A DNA stretch of 64,000 bases from an uncultured Bacilli bacterium (GTDB lineage: Bacteria; Bacillota_I; Bacilli_A; RF39; UBA660), in assembly GCA_934141535.1 (NCBI GenBank), contig CAKPCH010000004.1:56755-120754 (forward strand), read 5' to 3'. A program made the translations under genes and the position numbers. Every line of letters begins with the position of its first letter. Positions within the stretch are counted from its first letter, which is position 1. This document shows positions 29,412 through 39,401 of this stretch, in pieces. Below the pieces are notes generated by a model. The model saw only the letters and a list, made by a program, of their open reading frames with translations. It was not told where the DNA came from and searched no databases.

Positions 29412-32350
29412 TTAATTTCCTCTAATTTAACACTTACTAATTTACTAACTCCAGATTCTTGCATTGTTATACCATATAGTATATCTACAAATTCCATTGT
29501 TTTTTTCTTATGAGTTATTACTATAAACTGAGTTTTATCTTTTAATTTATTTATATATTCACCAAAAGATTCTACATTAACTTCATCGAGTGCTGCTTCA
29601 ACCTCATCTAGTATACAAAATGGAACAGGACGAGATTTAAGTATAGCAAATAGTAAACTGATTGCTGTAAAAGTTTTTTCTCCACCTGATAATAAACTTA
29701 TACTTTTTAATGTTTTACCTGGTGGACAAGCATTAATTTCTATACCTGTTTCAAGTATATTTGATAAATCTGTTAAAGTTAATTCAGCAGTACCACCTTT
29801 AAATAATTCTTTAAATGTTTTAGAAAAGTTTTCTTGAATAATTTTAAATGTTTTCATAAATTCTTGTTTCATTACTTTATCCATTTCATCTAATATTTCT
29901 AAAAGTGTTGTTTTAGCTCGTGATAAATCTTCTTGTTGATGTATTAAGAATTCATATCTTTGACTTATCTTTTCATATTCAAGTGGTGCCATTTCATTTA
30001 CTGGGCCAATATCTTTAATTTGTTTCTTTAAAGAGTTTACTTTATTTCTAGCTAAATTACTATCCATATCAAGTTTATATAAACTAATTGCTTTTTCATA
30101 AGTAATAGAATATGTTTCATTTAATATATTTAATAAATTATCTAATTTTACATCTGCCCTATTAACTTCAATTTCTAATTGGTGCAGCAAAGTATTTTTT
30201 TCATTAAATAATGTATTTTCACGTTTTATACTATATTCAAACTCTTCTAATTCATTATCTAATTTAATTTTATTATTATTTAACATTTCTAATTTAGATT
30301 CAGTAGTATTTTTAAGTTCAATAGCCTCATAATACTCTTTTAATACTTCCTCTTCTTCTTTATCAACTGTATTGTTTAGACTGTTATTAGCACCATTTAT
30401 TTCATTTATTAAGGCTTCTAATCTAGTATTTTTATCATTTATTAAATTTTTAATAGATATAATAGAATTTTCATTATTTATCTTATCTTTATTTAATAAA
30501 TATAATTTATCTTCAAGAGCTTTTAAATTATAGTCAACTTCATTTATATTATTTTCTATATTCTTTTGCGAATCCTCTAAATTCTTTAAGTCTTTAATAT
30601 TATTTTCTAATTCATATTTATCAGTAATAATATTTCTAGTTTTAATATTACCACCTGTTAAAGATCCACCTACATGTAATATTTCTCCATCAAGTGTTAC
30701 TACTCTATATCTATAATTTATTTTTTTACTAATTATATTAGCGCTATTTAAATCATCAACTACTATAACATTACCTAATTGATTTTTAATTATACTATCG
30801 TATTTCTTTTCACATTTAACTAAAGAAGATGCTATATCTATAAAGCCATTTTCTTTTTTTAATAAGGTAAGTGTATTATCATCTATACTTTTATCTTTTA
30901 TAACATTTAATGGAAAGAAAGTTACTCTACCTATATTATTAGTTTTAAGATAGTTTATAGCATCTTTAGCGCATATTTCATTATCTACAACTACACAAGT
31001 AGCATTCCCACCAAGACTTATAGATATTGCTTTAGAATACTTTTCATTTGTTTCTATTAAAGAAGCTATAGTATTATGTATTCCTCTTAATTTAGGATTA
31101 TCTAATATAGATTTAACTGAATATGGAAGAGAAGAATTATTCTCTATACTACTTTTTAATGTATCTATTTTAATTGATAATACATTAATATTTTTTATAA
31201 TATTATTTAAATTAAATAATAAATCGTTTTTCTTACTTTTTTCTTTTATTATAAAACTATCAATATCATCTATATCTTTAACAATATCTTTTAACTCTTC
31301 TTCTTTTATACTAATATCATTATTATATTTTTTAATGCTATTTTTAATAGATAATTCTTCTTCTTTTAAATTAATTAAATTATCATGTAACTTTGTATTA
31401 TCTACTTGATATTTTTTTCTTTCTAATATTATTTGCTTTTTAGCATTTAATTTTTCTACTTTAGTTGTAATATCAAGTAATTCGTTTTGTTTATTTTTTA
31501 TTTCTTTTTCTAATTCATTTAAATTTAATTTATAAGAAGAAATTTTAGCATCATTAGAACTACTAGAAGTATTTAATTTAATTATTTCTTGATTTAATTC
31601 TTCTATTTTATTTTTATCCTCTTGATATTTATAATTTATATTTGTAATATCGCTTGCTACTAAGGAAATTTCTAATTCTTTTAAAGTTTCATTTAATGAT
31701 TGATATTCTTGTGCTTTAATTTTTTGTTCTCTTAATGGTTCTATTTGAGATTCTAATTCGTTTATAATATCATTAACACGATTCATATTATCATGAGTTT
31801 TATCTAATTTTTTAAGTGCTTCTTCTTTTCTTTTTTTATATTTTAAAACTCCTGCTGCTTCTTCAAATATAATACGTCTATTTTCTGGTTTACTTGATAA
31901 TATATCTTCTATTTTACCTTGAGAAATTATATTAAATGATTCTTTAGCAATCCCACTATCCATTAATAGATCACTTATATCTTTTAATCTACATTTTTCG
32001 CCATTAATAAAAAATTCATTAGTACCATCTTTGTATAATCTTCTTTTTATAGAAATCTCATCATAAGCTATATTAAGATAATTATCGCTATTATCTAGTA
32101 CTAAAGTAACGGTTGCTACATTCATAGGATTACGACTTTTACTACCTGCAAATATTACATCAGTCATACTTCCTTCACCACGTAAAGATTTAACTGATTG
32201 TTCACCAAGTACCCAACGTACAGCATCTACTACATTACTTTTACCACTACCATTAGGTCCTACTATACCTGCTATATTATTTTCTAAATCTATTATTGTA
32301 TTATCTGCAAACGATTTAAATCCTTGAGCAATTATTTTTTTTAAATACAT
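29408..32350 (-). CDS. smc: Chromosome condensation/segregation ATPase SMC (shorter than typical, about 980 aa)
   Basis: N-terminal IAQGFKSFADNT ... GPNGSGKSNVVDAVRWVLGEQS, central hinge (GIHNTIASLIETN ... GRVTFFPLN), C-terminal LSGGEKTFTAISLLFAI ... ILDEVEAALD. Start placed at MYLKK after the aggtga RBS. Confidence 0.85.
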   Translation of the reverse strand: MYLKKIIAQGFKSFADNTIIDLENNIAGIVGPNGSGKSNVVDAVRWVLGEQSVKSLRGEGSMTDVIFAGSKSRNPMNVATVTLVLDNSDNYLNIAYDEISIKRRLYKDGTNEFFINGEKCRLKDISDLLMDSGIAKESFNIISQGKIEDILSSKPENRRIIFEEAAGVLKYKKRKEEALKKLDKTHDNMNRVNDIINELESQIEPLREQKIKAQEYQSLNETLKELEISLVASDITNINYKYQEDKNKIEELNQEIIKLNTSSSSNDAKISSYKLNLNELEKEIKNKQNELLDITTKVEKLNAKKQIILERKKYQVDNTKLHDNLINLKEEELSIKNSIKKYNNDISIKEEELKDIVKDIDDIDSFIIKEKSKKNDLLFNLNNIIKNINVLSIKIDTLKSSIENNSSLPYSVKSILDNPKLRGIHNTIASLIETNEKYSKAISISLGGNATCVVVDNEICAKDAINYLKTNNIGRVTFFPLNVIKDKSIDDNTLTLLKKENGFIDIASSLVKCEKKYDSIIKNQLGNVIVVDDLNSANIISKKINYRYRVVTLDGEILHVGGSLTGGNIKTRNIITDKYELENNIKDLKNLEDSQKNIENNINEVDYNLKALEDKLYLLNKDKINNENSIISIKNLINDKNTRLEALINEINGANNSLNNTVDKEEEEVLKEYYEAIELKNTTESKLEMLNNNKIKLDNELEEFEYSIKRENTLFNEKNTLLHQLEIEVNRADVKLDNLLNILNETYSITYEKAISLYKLDMDSNLARNKVNSLKKQIKDIGPVNEMAPLEYEKISQRYEFLIHQQEDLSRAKTTLLEILDEMDKVMKQEFMKTFKIIQENFSKTFKELFKGGTAELTLTDLSNILETGIEINACPPGKTLKSISLLSGGEKTFTAISLLFAILKSRPVPFCILDEVEAALDEVNVESFGEYINKLKDKTQFIVITHKKKTMEFVDILYGITMQESGVSKLVSVKLEEIK

Positions 32351-32430
32351 TAACATCACCTTACCGATATTAATATTATATCAATATTTAAGTTTAAAAA
32401 CAAGGTAAATAAAAAATCTAGTTTATAAAA

Positions 32431-34587
32431 TTATAAATTAGATTTTAAAACTTCAATTACTGGACGAACTCCGTAAGCTCCACTTGAACTTACTTTAGTT
32501 TGATAAGTTTGAGCTACTAAGGTACCACTACCGTTAGAATATCTAGAATATGTAAAACTCACTGCCCAAGCAGCATGATCTGATTTAGTATATTTTGTTA
32601 ATGCACAAGAGGTTGTTGTCCAATAACCCCAAATGATTACATCTGAATTATATAAGCAACCAAAGTTTTTACAATCACTACTTGTTCTATCAAATAGCCA
32701 GCCATATTTACATCCACTTGTATTTCCTTTTTCATCATCATCATTATAATAACAAGTACTACTTGCAGTAGTTGTGTTAGTTTCAAAATAAAAATTACCT
32801 GGTGGATCAGTTACTTCATTAAAAGTTGTATTACCTGTGATTTTAGCTATCTCACCCGCAGAAATAAGCCTTGCCTTATAATCAGCATAATCAATATTGT
32901 ATTTAGATTGACTGGGCTGAGCTGATTGATCTAGTGAATAAGAAGTTGGCGTTTCTACTCCTATCCAAGATGATGTATCAGTTTTTAATTGTTCTAATAC
33001 TTCTTTAGGACCAGTTGTAGAACTTCCACTAGAATTCCATGCTATAGTTGATGTTGTATTATGATCAAGTATTAAATTTAACTTATCTCCACCATCATCA
33101 TTAAATGCATAAAACTTCATACATCCTGATTTTACTCCAGCATTACTTTGTGAATCTGTATAATCTGTACAAGTTGTTCCTTTGTCTACATCAAAATAAA
33201 CTATTTCACCGTTAGAATATGTTTTCACTCCGTTACCAATAGTAATATCACCACTTACATTAGGTATTGTCAATAATTTAGTAGTTGTATCATATATATA
33301 GTCTACATCTTTAGTTAATACTGTATCTCCCATAACAATCTTAGGATTACCTAAATCAATATTTGCTGTATATGTATTACCTTCTATTGCTTCTTTATTA
33401 CAATTAGTACATGTCACTCCATCATATGTTACTTTAAATATTTGTTTATATTCAAAACCTATATTAAAACTTTGAGGTTCACTAGTTACTAAACTATCAT
33501 TTATTCCATCTTTATATTTAATCGTTACATATATTTTTTTAGTTACTCCATTTGTACAGTTATCACCATCACATACTGGTATTACATCATTTTCATTATA
33601 ATTATCTATTGTATAATCTAAATTAGTATCTGAACTTAAAGATGATTTTGATAATGTTATTACTGGGCGAATACCTGGTGATGTAACATAAACGAAGTCG
33701 TTACCCAAATAATTGCTATAATGCACATCCCACACACGAGTATAATCATTAATATAAAGTGAAACAGTCCAATAACTCCAACCTTCTTGAACTGGATGAG
33801 TTGCATTTCTTAAGTAGTCACATAACCATATTGGCAAACCTGAAATAGTTGTATTACTAAATGTTTTACCTGATGCTGTAGCTATCTGATATACGGTTGG
33901 AAAAATTACTTCTACTCCTTCTTTATTAAATATACTTTTTATGTGGCCTAAATAATCTTTTCCTTCTGGCGCATCACTTCCAGTGGTCGCTATATTTTTA
34001 CATGTTTTTCCATTTGCTCCACCATCTGTACACCATTTTATTTTTTGCGGTACATATGAATCCATAAAGTTTTCTTTCATGATTAAACTTACTGTGTCTG
34101 TATTATTTTCTAGAACAAAGAATGTATTTGAATAATTGTCTCCTACTTGGCATGTATATTCATCACCATAATTAAAGTTCCCACTTGGTACATTGCCTGT
34201 AGTTGCTGTTGTTACTGGAGTACATATTGGAGTTTGTGTAAGTGCTCCCATTTTTACATTACCTAAATTAGTTATATCTACTTCATATTTTACATATGAA
34301 TCTTTACTTGGTAATACTACATCTCCAAATATATTAGATACGTTATATTCTTCAGTTCTTGATATAGCACCTCCATTTGTAGAATTTACTTTTATACCAG
34401 TTAATCTTACTGTTTTATCTACTCTTATCATAGCTATATTTTTCATAACTAAGTTTGAACTAAATGAAGCAAATCCTATAGTTAAACTTGTTACTAATAT
34501 AGCACATATTACTATTAAATATTTTGAGATCTTTTTTCTCTTTATAAAACTAAAATTATTAAATCCATAATTATTTTTATGCCTCAT
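32431..34587 (-). CDS. Large secreted/surface protein carrying two copies of a Cys-containing domain shared with the prepilin-like protein at 39402-40388
   Basis: N-terminal signal-anchor; residues ~120-315 are about 70% identical to the C-domain of the 328-aa pilin-like protein (CTPVTTATTGNVP ... FFVLENNTDTVSLIMKENF ... GKDYLGHIKSIFNK ... GIRPVITLSKS). A diverged second copy ends YGVRPVIEVLKSNL. Confidence 0.6.
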   Translation of the reverse strand: MRHKNNYGFNNFSFIKRKKISKYLIVICAILVTSLTIGFASFSSNLVMKNIAMIRVDKTVRLTGIKVNSTNGGAISRTEEYNVSNIFGDVVLPSKDSYVKYEVDITNLGNVKMGALTQTPICTPVTTATTGNVPSGNFNYGDEYTCQVGDNYSNTFFVLENNTDTVSLIMKENFMDSYVPQKIKWCTDGGANGKTCKNIATTGSDAPEGKDYLGHIKSIFNKEGVEVIFPTVYQIATASGKTFSNTTISGLPIWLCDYLRNATHPVQEGWSYWTVSLYINDYTRVWDVHYSNYLGNDFVYVTSPGIRPVITLSKSSLSSDTNLDYTIDNYNENDVIPVCDGDNCTNGVTKKIYVTIKYKDGINDSLVTSEPQSFNIGFEYKQIFKVTYDGVTCTNCNKEAIEGNTYTANIDLGNPKIVMGDTVLTKDVDYIYDTTTKLLTIPNVSGDITIGNGVKTYSNGEIVYFDVDKGTTCTDYTDSQSNAGVKSGCMKFYAFNDDGGDKLNLILDHNTTSTIAWNSSGSSTTGPKEVLEQLKTDTSSWIGVETPTSYSLDQSAQPSQSKYNIDYADYKARLISAGEIAKITGNTTFNEVTDPPGNFYFETNTTTASSTCYYNDDDEKGNTSGCKYGWLFDRTSSDCKNFGCLYNSDVIIWGYWTTTSCALTKYTKSDHAAWAVSFTYSRYSNGSGTLVAQTYQTKVSSSGAYGVRPVIEVLKSNL
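33880..34240. repeat. DNA-level repeat (copy A), about 85% identical to 39640-39990
   Basis: Direct comparison of 34021-34240 with 39770-39990 and of 33880-33990 with 39650-39740 shows long runs of identity (for example cttactgt.tctgtatt.ttttctag.acaaagaatgtatttg). Confidence 0.7.
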
Positions 34588-34696
34588 ATTTAATTCATAT
34601 CCTTCTTTTATAGTTTACCACATATTACTATTTTTTTACATTCATTATTGGTATATTTATATAAAAACTATTCTTCATTATATTATTATAATATCG

Positions 34697-34750
34697 CAAA
34701 AAAAAAAAAAAAACAAGTAATATTTTTGAAAAATTAAAAATTTACTTGTT
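34697..34750 (-). terminator. Terminator-like hairpin plus T16 tract downstream of the SASP gene and upstream of the large surface-protein gene
   Basis: On the minus strand: caagtaa-N21-ttacttg inverted repeat, then 16 consecutive T (A16 on plus at 34697-34712). Confidence 0.5.
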
Positions 34751-34759
34751 TATAATTAC

Positions 34760-34963
34760 TTATTTAATTTTATAATTATTTATATTTTGATAATATTGTT
34801 TTCCTAAATTAACTAGTCTTTTAGTCATTTCTCCACCAACACTACCATTTAATCTACTTGAAGTATCAGGACCTAGTTCTACACCAAATTCTCGTGCTAT
34901 TTCATATTTTAAATTTTCTATAGCTTGTTTAGATCCAGGAACTACTAAAGAATTATTAGTCAT
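34760..34963 (-). CDS. Small acid-soluble spore protein, alpha/beta type
   Basis: [40 protein letters not shown] is the canonical alpha/beta SASP signature; 67 aa; RBS aggtga. Confidence 0.9.
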   Translation of the reverse strand: MTNNSLVVPGSKQAIENLKYEIAREFGVELGPDTSSRLNGSVGGEMTKRLVNLGKQYYQNINNYKIK

Positions 34964-35003
34964 GTTATCACCTCATTATTATTATTTACTTATATTTAAA
35001 TAT

Positions 35004-35033
35004 TAGTATGAGAATTTTTTCCAATTAATATAC
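35004..35033 (-). promoter_or_regulatory. SigmaG/F-type forespore promoter for the SASP gene at 34760-34963
   Basis: On the minus strand: GTATA, 18-nt spacer, CATACTA (matches the GnATA / CAnnnTA consensus), about 45 nt upstream of the ATG. Confidence 0.5.
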
Positions 35034-35175
35034 TAAATATTGTTAAAATAGAAATATCTACTACTAATACTCTAAAATTATTAAGCCACAATAATAATGG
35101 AATCAGAAATTCTACTATCCATTTTCTTTCTTTTTTATAAAAAAAGATAGCAAGTAATCGCTATCCATTTTCTAA

Positions 35176-35382
35176 CTATTTAGTATAAGTGTTTCCACCT
35201 AAATGTTGTTCACCCATTTGAACTAATCTTTTAGTGATTTCTCCTCCAACTGAACCGTTAGCTCTTGAAGTAGCATCAGGACCCATAGTAACTCCTAATT
35301 CACTAGCTATTTCATATTTCATCTTATCGATTGCTTGTTTAGCTCCAGGTACAACAAATTTACTATTTAATTTGTTATTCAT
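35176..35382 (-). CDS. Small acid-soluble spore protein, alpha/beta type (second copy)
   Basis: [40 protein letters not shown]. Start re-placed at MNNKLNSK, which has a perfect aggaggtgaaatt RBS; the ORF track starts at an upstream TTG. Confidence 0.9.
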   Translation of the reverse strand: MNNKLNSKFVVPGAKQAIDKMKYEIASELGVTMGPDATSRANGSVGGEITKRLVQMGEQHLGGNTYTK

Positions 35383-35404
35383 AATTTCACCTCCTGTACA
35401 TTTA

Positions 35405-35433
35405 TAATTTGTGTACAAAGAGGATTTTTATAC
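35405..35433 (-). promoter_or_regulatory. Putative sigmaG/F-type promoter for the SASP gene at 35176-35382
   Basis: On the minus strand: GTATA, 17-nt spacer, CAAATTA. Confidence 0.4.
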
Positions 35434-35458
35434 AAAATTTATTTGGTAATTTTTTCTT

Positions 35459-36628
35459 CTATAATAAATCACTTTTTTCTTGATTTAAATTTTTTATTAT
35501 TTCTACATTTTCTATACATTCATCTATTAATGCTTCATAATCAAATAATGATTCATAATATAAACATTTATTTATATTTGGATTTATTACAGGATGTGTT
35601 GGTAAAAATATAGTACAACAATCTTCATAAGGTAATATACTTGTTTCATATGTATTTATTTTATTTGCTATATCTATAATTTCCAATTTATCCATGCATG
35701 CAACAGGTCTAATTACAGGAAAATTGGTAACACTATTAATAACACCCATACTAGTTAAAGTTTGACTTGCTACTTGTCCAATACTTTCTCCATTAATTAT
35801 TACTTTGCATTTATGTTTTTTAGCTAACCTTTCAGCTATTCTATACATCATACGTCTCATAATAGTAATAACATAAGTATCTTCTACATTTTTATAAATT
35901 GCTTCTTGTAATTTAGTAAAAGGAATTACATTTACTGTTATTCCAAAAGAATACTCATTAATAATACTAGCTAATTTAATAACTTTATTTTTTGCTTCTA
36001 TACTTGTATGAGGTGGAGATTCAAAATATAAACATTCTAGATCTACTCCTCTTTTAAGTGCTAAATAACCTGCTACTGGAGAATCAATTCCACCACTTAG
36101 CATTAACATTCCTTTGCCTTGAATACCAACAGGATATCCACCAATTCCTTTAATTTCATTAGTATATATAAAAGTACCTTCAACTCTTATTTCAATAACT
36201 ACTTCTAAATCTGGATTTTTAACGTCTACTTTACAAGGTATAGCTCTTAAAACTGCACCACCTATTATATTATTTAATTCCATACTATGAACTTCAAAAG
36301 ATTTATCTGCTCTTTTAGTATGAATTTTAAAAGTATTAAAATTTTCCTTTTTTAATAAATCTATAACACAATTTTTAATATCTTCAATATTATTATTTAC
36401 TTTAGTAGCAATTACTATTCCATGTATACCAAATACTTTTTTAAGTGCTTCTACTATATGTTTTTCATCATCACATTCAATATACATTCTAACTCTATCA
36501 TACTTCATTTTATATTCATAATTTTTTAAAGCATTTCTTATATTATTAGCAAGTAATTTTATAAATGTTTTTCTATTTGCTTTTTTAGTTGTAAGTTCTC
36601 CATATTTAATTAATATTAATTTATTCAT
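35459..36628 (-). CDS. thiI: tRNA uracil 4-sulfurtransferase
   Basis: THUMP-containing N-terminus and the PP-loop SGGIDSPVAGY; about 390 aa. Start at MNKLI after the agggtga RBS. Confidence 0.85.
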   Translation of the reverse strand: MNKLILIKYGELTTKKANRKTFIKLLANNIRNALKNYEYKMKYDRVRMYIECDDEKHIVEALKKVFGIHGIVIATKVNNNIEDIKNCVIDLLKKENFNTFKIHTKRADKSFEVHSMELNNIIGGAVLRAIPCKVDVKNPDLEVVIEIRVEGTFIYTNEIKGIGGYPVGIQGKGMLMLSGGIDSPVAGYLALKRGVDLECLYFESPPHTSIEAKNKVIKLASIINEYSFGITVNVIPFTKLQEAIYKNVEDTYVITIMRRMMYRIAERLAKKHKCKVIINGESIGQVASQTLTSMGVINSVTNFPVIRPVACMDKLEIIDIANKINTYETSILPYEDCCTIFLPTHPVINPNINKCLYYESLFDYEALIDECIENVEIIKNLNQEKSDLL

Positions 36629-36711
36629 ACTTTTCACCCTTCACCTAGTAAATTATATCTTACTTTTAAAAAAAAGTAAATTAAAAAACAAGATTAAACT
36701 TGTTTTTAAGA

Positions 36712-36981
36712 TTATTTTTTAAATAGATTACTGTTAATCATATTATTAATATTTTTATTCATTAATACAAAGTTATCTTTTCTACCTCTTACGTTATTAC
36801 AATTAGGTATAAATGTATTAGATGAAGTTTTAATATTTGGCAAATTCTCACGTGCTTTCATTAAAACTAAATTATCACGACTATGACTTATATTTTTCTT
36901 TTTTAAATTATTTATATCGTTATTATTATGTATATAAATATTTCTTTCATTAAAGCCATCAGTATTAAAATTCATTAACAT
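36712..36981 (-). CDS. Hypothetical small Asn-rich protein
   Basis: ORF with an agggtga RBS before the internal ATG (MLMNF...). The ORF-track start would overlap the upstream gene by about 95 nt, so the shorter form is preferred. Confidence 0.3.
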   Translation of the reverse strand: MLMNFNTDGFNERNIYIHNNNDINNLKKKNISHSRDNLVLMKARENLPNIKTSSNTFIPNCNNVRGRKDNFVLMNKNINNMINSNLFKK

Positions 36982-37792
36982 ATTCACCCTTATATAAGCA
37001 ATACTCATTATATTTACATAATGTATCTTTATATGTATATTTGTATATCTTCTTATCATTTTTACTTAAAGAAGCAAATACATCATTTAAATTATCTTCA
37101 CTTATAAATGTACCACTCGTTAATTCCTGAGTATATGAAGCATCTTTATATATTTTATAAGTATTACCTTCTACCTTAGCAAATCCTACATAATTATAAA
37201 TAATAATATCATCATTTTCATATTGTGCTTTTATAAATTGTGTTAAATCATAATAAGCAACATTTTTGCTTTTTGAAGTACATAATCCTTCATATATAAA
37301 ACTTTTTAAAGAACTATTATAAGTCCAAGTACCAGGATATATACTAGAATCCTCTGGAACATAAAAACTATCTAATGTATATTTAATATCTTTACCTAAA
37401 ATATTTTGAATTCTAAGAGTTAAATATACATCACTAATAATTTTTGGTGTTGTAGTACATGAAACGCGTCCACTATAACTTTTTATATTAACTCCTTCTA
37501 TGCCTAAGAAAGCATTATATAATATATCATTATTTGTCATGTCTGAAACAGTAAATGTATTATTTAAATAATATGTATTACTTTCATATATACTACTTCT
37601 AAACTTAGGAGTATGTATACTATCTAAAATCTCTTGTGTTACTTCTTTTTTCTCATCATTATTTTTTTCTTCTTTATCTATTATTTTTGGCATTTTTAAT
37701 TTTTCTATATAGTTATATAAACTAGGTAAACAAAATACTAGTACTATAACAACTCCAAAACATATAAATATAAACTTATTATTTTTCTGCAC
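36965..37792 (-). CDS. Hypothetical membrane-anchored protein
   Basis: N-terminal TM segment (FIFICFGVVIVLVFCL), then a Lys/Glu-rich linker and a globular domain; no motif recognised. Confidence 0.4.
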   Translation of the reverse strand: MQKNNKFIFICFGVVIVLVFCLPSLYNYIEKLKMPKIIDKEEKNNDEKKEVTQEILDSIHTPKFRSSIYESNTYYLNNTFTVSDMTNNDILYNAFLGIEGVNIKSYSGRVSCTTTPKIISDVYLTLRIQNILGKDIKYTLDSFYVPEDSSIYPGTWTYNSSLKSFIYEGLCTSKSKNVAYYDLTQFIKAQYENDDIIIYNYVGFAKVEGNTYKIYKDASYTQELTSGTFISEDNLNDVFASLSKNDKKIYKYTYKDTLCKYNEYCLYKGEYVNEF

Positions 37793-37802
37793 ACTATTCA
37801 CC

Positions 37803-38792
37803 CTATATTAAACTTTTTCTAACAAAAACGTTTATCCCTTCTTTTATATATATTAAAATATCAGTACCTATTGTAAAATGAATGAAACCTAATCCTTGAA
37901 TTACTAAATCTTCATCACTATTTATTTTAAATTTGTAGCACTTCAATCCATTAAAGTCACTATTTATTTTATAACTTCTATTTATTTTTAAAGCATTTGA
38001 TATATAGTATGTCATGTTTGTCTTAGATAATATATCTATTTTAAATATATTATCTATAATAAAACTTTGTGGACACTTAACTTGATATGTTATAGGTTTT
38101 ATTTCTTGTTTAGGTATTATTCTCTTTAAAGTCTTATCATCTACATAATTTATTATATCACCTTCATCAAGCAATCCTGGTGTATCTATAAGTGTTAATG
38201 AATCTGAAAGCTTTATATCAATACTATCAATAGTAGTAGATGGCATATTACTTGTAGTAATATATGAATCAGATGAAGTATAATTATATATTAATTTATT
38301 AATTAATGTACTTTTACCTGAATTAGTAAATCCTACTACGTATACCCTATTACTTTTTTTATATTTATTAATTTTATTAAATAATTCATCAATATTATAA
38401 TTTTTCTTACTACTAACAACTATACTATCTATAAAATTAATATTTAAATATTTAAAATAGGCTTTTAATGATTCATCATAGCAAGAACGTGGTATAATGT
38501 CTCTTTTAGTTAATACTAATAAAATATCATTATTTAAATACTTTTTAATATCTATTAAATCTTTACTTATATTAAATAAATCAACTACTAATACAACTAA
38601 ATCTTTACTATTATTAATGCTTTTTAATATATCAATGTATTCTTCATTAGTAGCGTTTACTTTAGATATTTCATTATAATTTCTAATTCTAAAGCATCTT
38701 TGACATAGTTTATTAGTTATATCTTTTGTATAGCCAATTTCTAATTCATTTAAATTTTGGAGTACTACTCCACATCCTATACATTTACACAT
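37803..38792 (-). CDS. yqeH: Ribosome biogenesis GTPase YqeH (circularly permuted GTPase with N-terminal zinc finger)
   Basis: N-terminal CIGCGVVLQ ... CQRCFRIRNYN zinc-ribbon; permuted G-motifs (LTKRD precedes GFTNSGKST ... DTPG). Confidence 0.75.
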   Translation of the reverse strand: MCKCIGCGVVLQNLNELEIGYTKDITNKLCQRCFRIRNYNEISKVNATNEEYIDILKSINNSKDLVVLVVDLFNISKDLIDIKKYLNNDILLVLTKRDIIPRSCYDESLKAYFKYLNINFIDSIVVSSKKNYNIDELFNKINKYKKSNRVYVVGFTNSGKSTLINKLIYNYTSSDSYITTSNMPSTTIDSIDIKLSDSLTLIDTPGLLDEGDIINYVDDKTLKRIIPKQEIKPITYQVKCPQSFIIDNIFKIDILSKTNMTYYISNALKINRSYKINSDFNGLKCYKFKINSDEDLVIQGLGFIHFTIGTDILIYIKEGINVFVRKSLI

Positions 38793-39306
38793 AGTATCTT
38801 CCTTTTGTAAATAGGCTTTTATCTCTTAATGATTTTTGAATATGTCTTTCTTTTATTCTTTTTAATTTAGCAAAAGGAAATTCTTTTTTATTTATTTGAT
38901 CTAAAAGAATAGTAGTTATTCCTATTGTATTACCACATACTACATCATCCATCATAGAATCTCCTATCATAGCTATTTCATCAAGTCCAAAACCACTTTT
39001 TTTAATAAGTTCACTAATAGATTCAATATGTGGTTTTCTAGCACTATAAATATAATCTACTTTAAGTTCTTCATGAAAAGGTTTTACTCTTCTTTTAATA
39101 CTATTGGATGCTATAAAGATTTTAAAACCTTTATTTTTTAAATCTTTAAATAATTTTTTAGTTTCTTCTCTTGGTAAACTTTCAGTAATTGGTACTAATG
39201 TATTATCAAGATCGAATATTAAGCATTTTATTCCTCTTGTAATTAACATATCATAATCTATTTTGTATATATTTTCTTGATAAATATCAGGAACATAAAT
39301 TTCCAT
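38785..39306 (-). CDS. yqeG: HAD-IIIA phosphatase YqeG
   Basis: CLIFDLDNTLVP motif I, SNS motif II, GDSMMDD motif IV; immediately upstream of yqeH as in the Bacillus yqeG-yqeH operon. Confidence 0.7.
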   Translation of the reverse strand: MEIYVPDIYQENIYKIDYDMLITRGIKCLIFDLDNTLVPITESLPREETKKLFKDLKNKGFKIFIASNSIKRRVKPFHEELKVDYIYSARKPHIESISELIKKSGFGLDEIAMIGDSMMDDVVCGNTIGITTILLDQINKKEFPFAKLKRIKERHIQKSLRDKSLFTKGRYYV

Positions 39307-39401
39307 CTATTACACCTCACTAACCTAATACTAATAATATTTTATCACAATAAATTATACTTATCAATTAAAAAAGAAAAACTATTGAAATTTTCAATAG
39401 T

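Noticed and set aside
34588-34700. c-di-GMP riboswitch upstream of the pilin-like and surface-protein genes (as found upstream of Clostridial type IV pilins)
   Set aside because: Both 5' regions are short and extremely AT-rich, with none of the GC-rich paired segments of GEMM-I/II.
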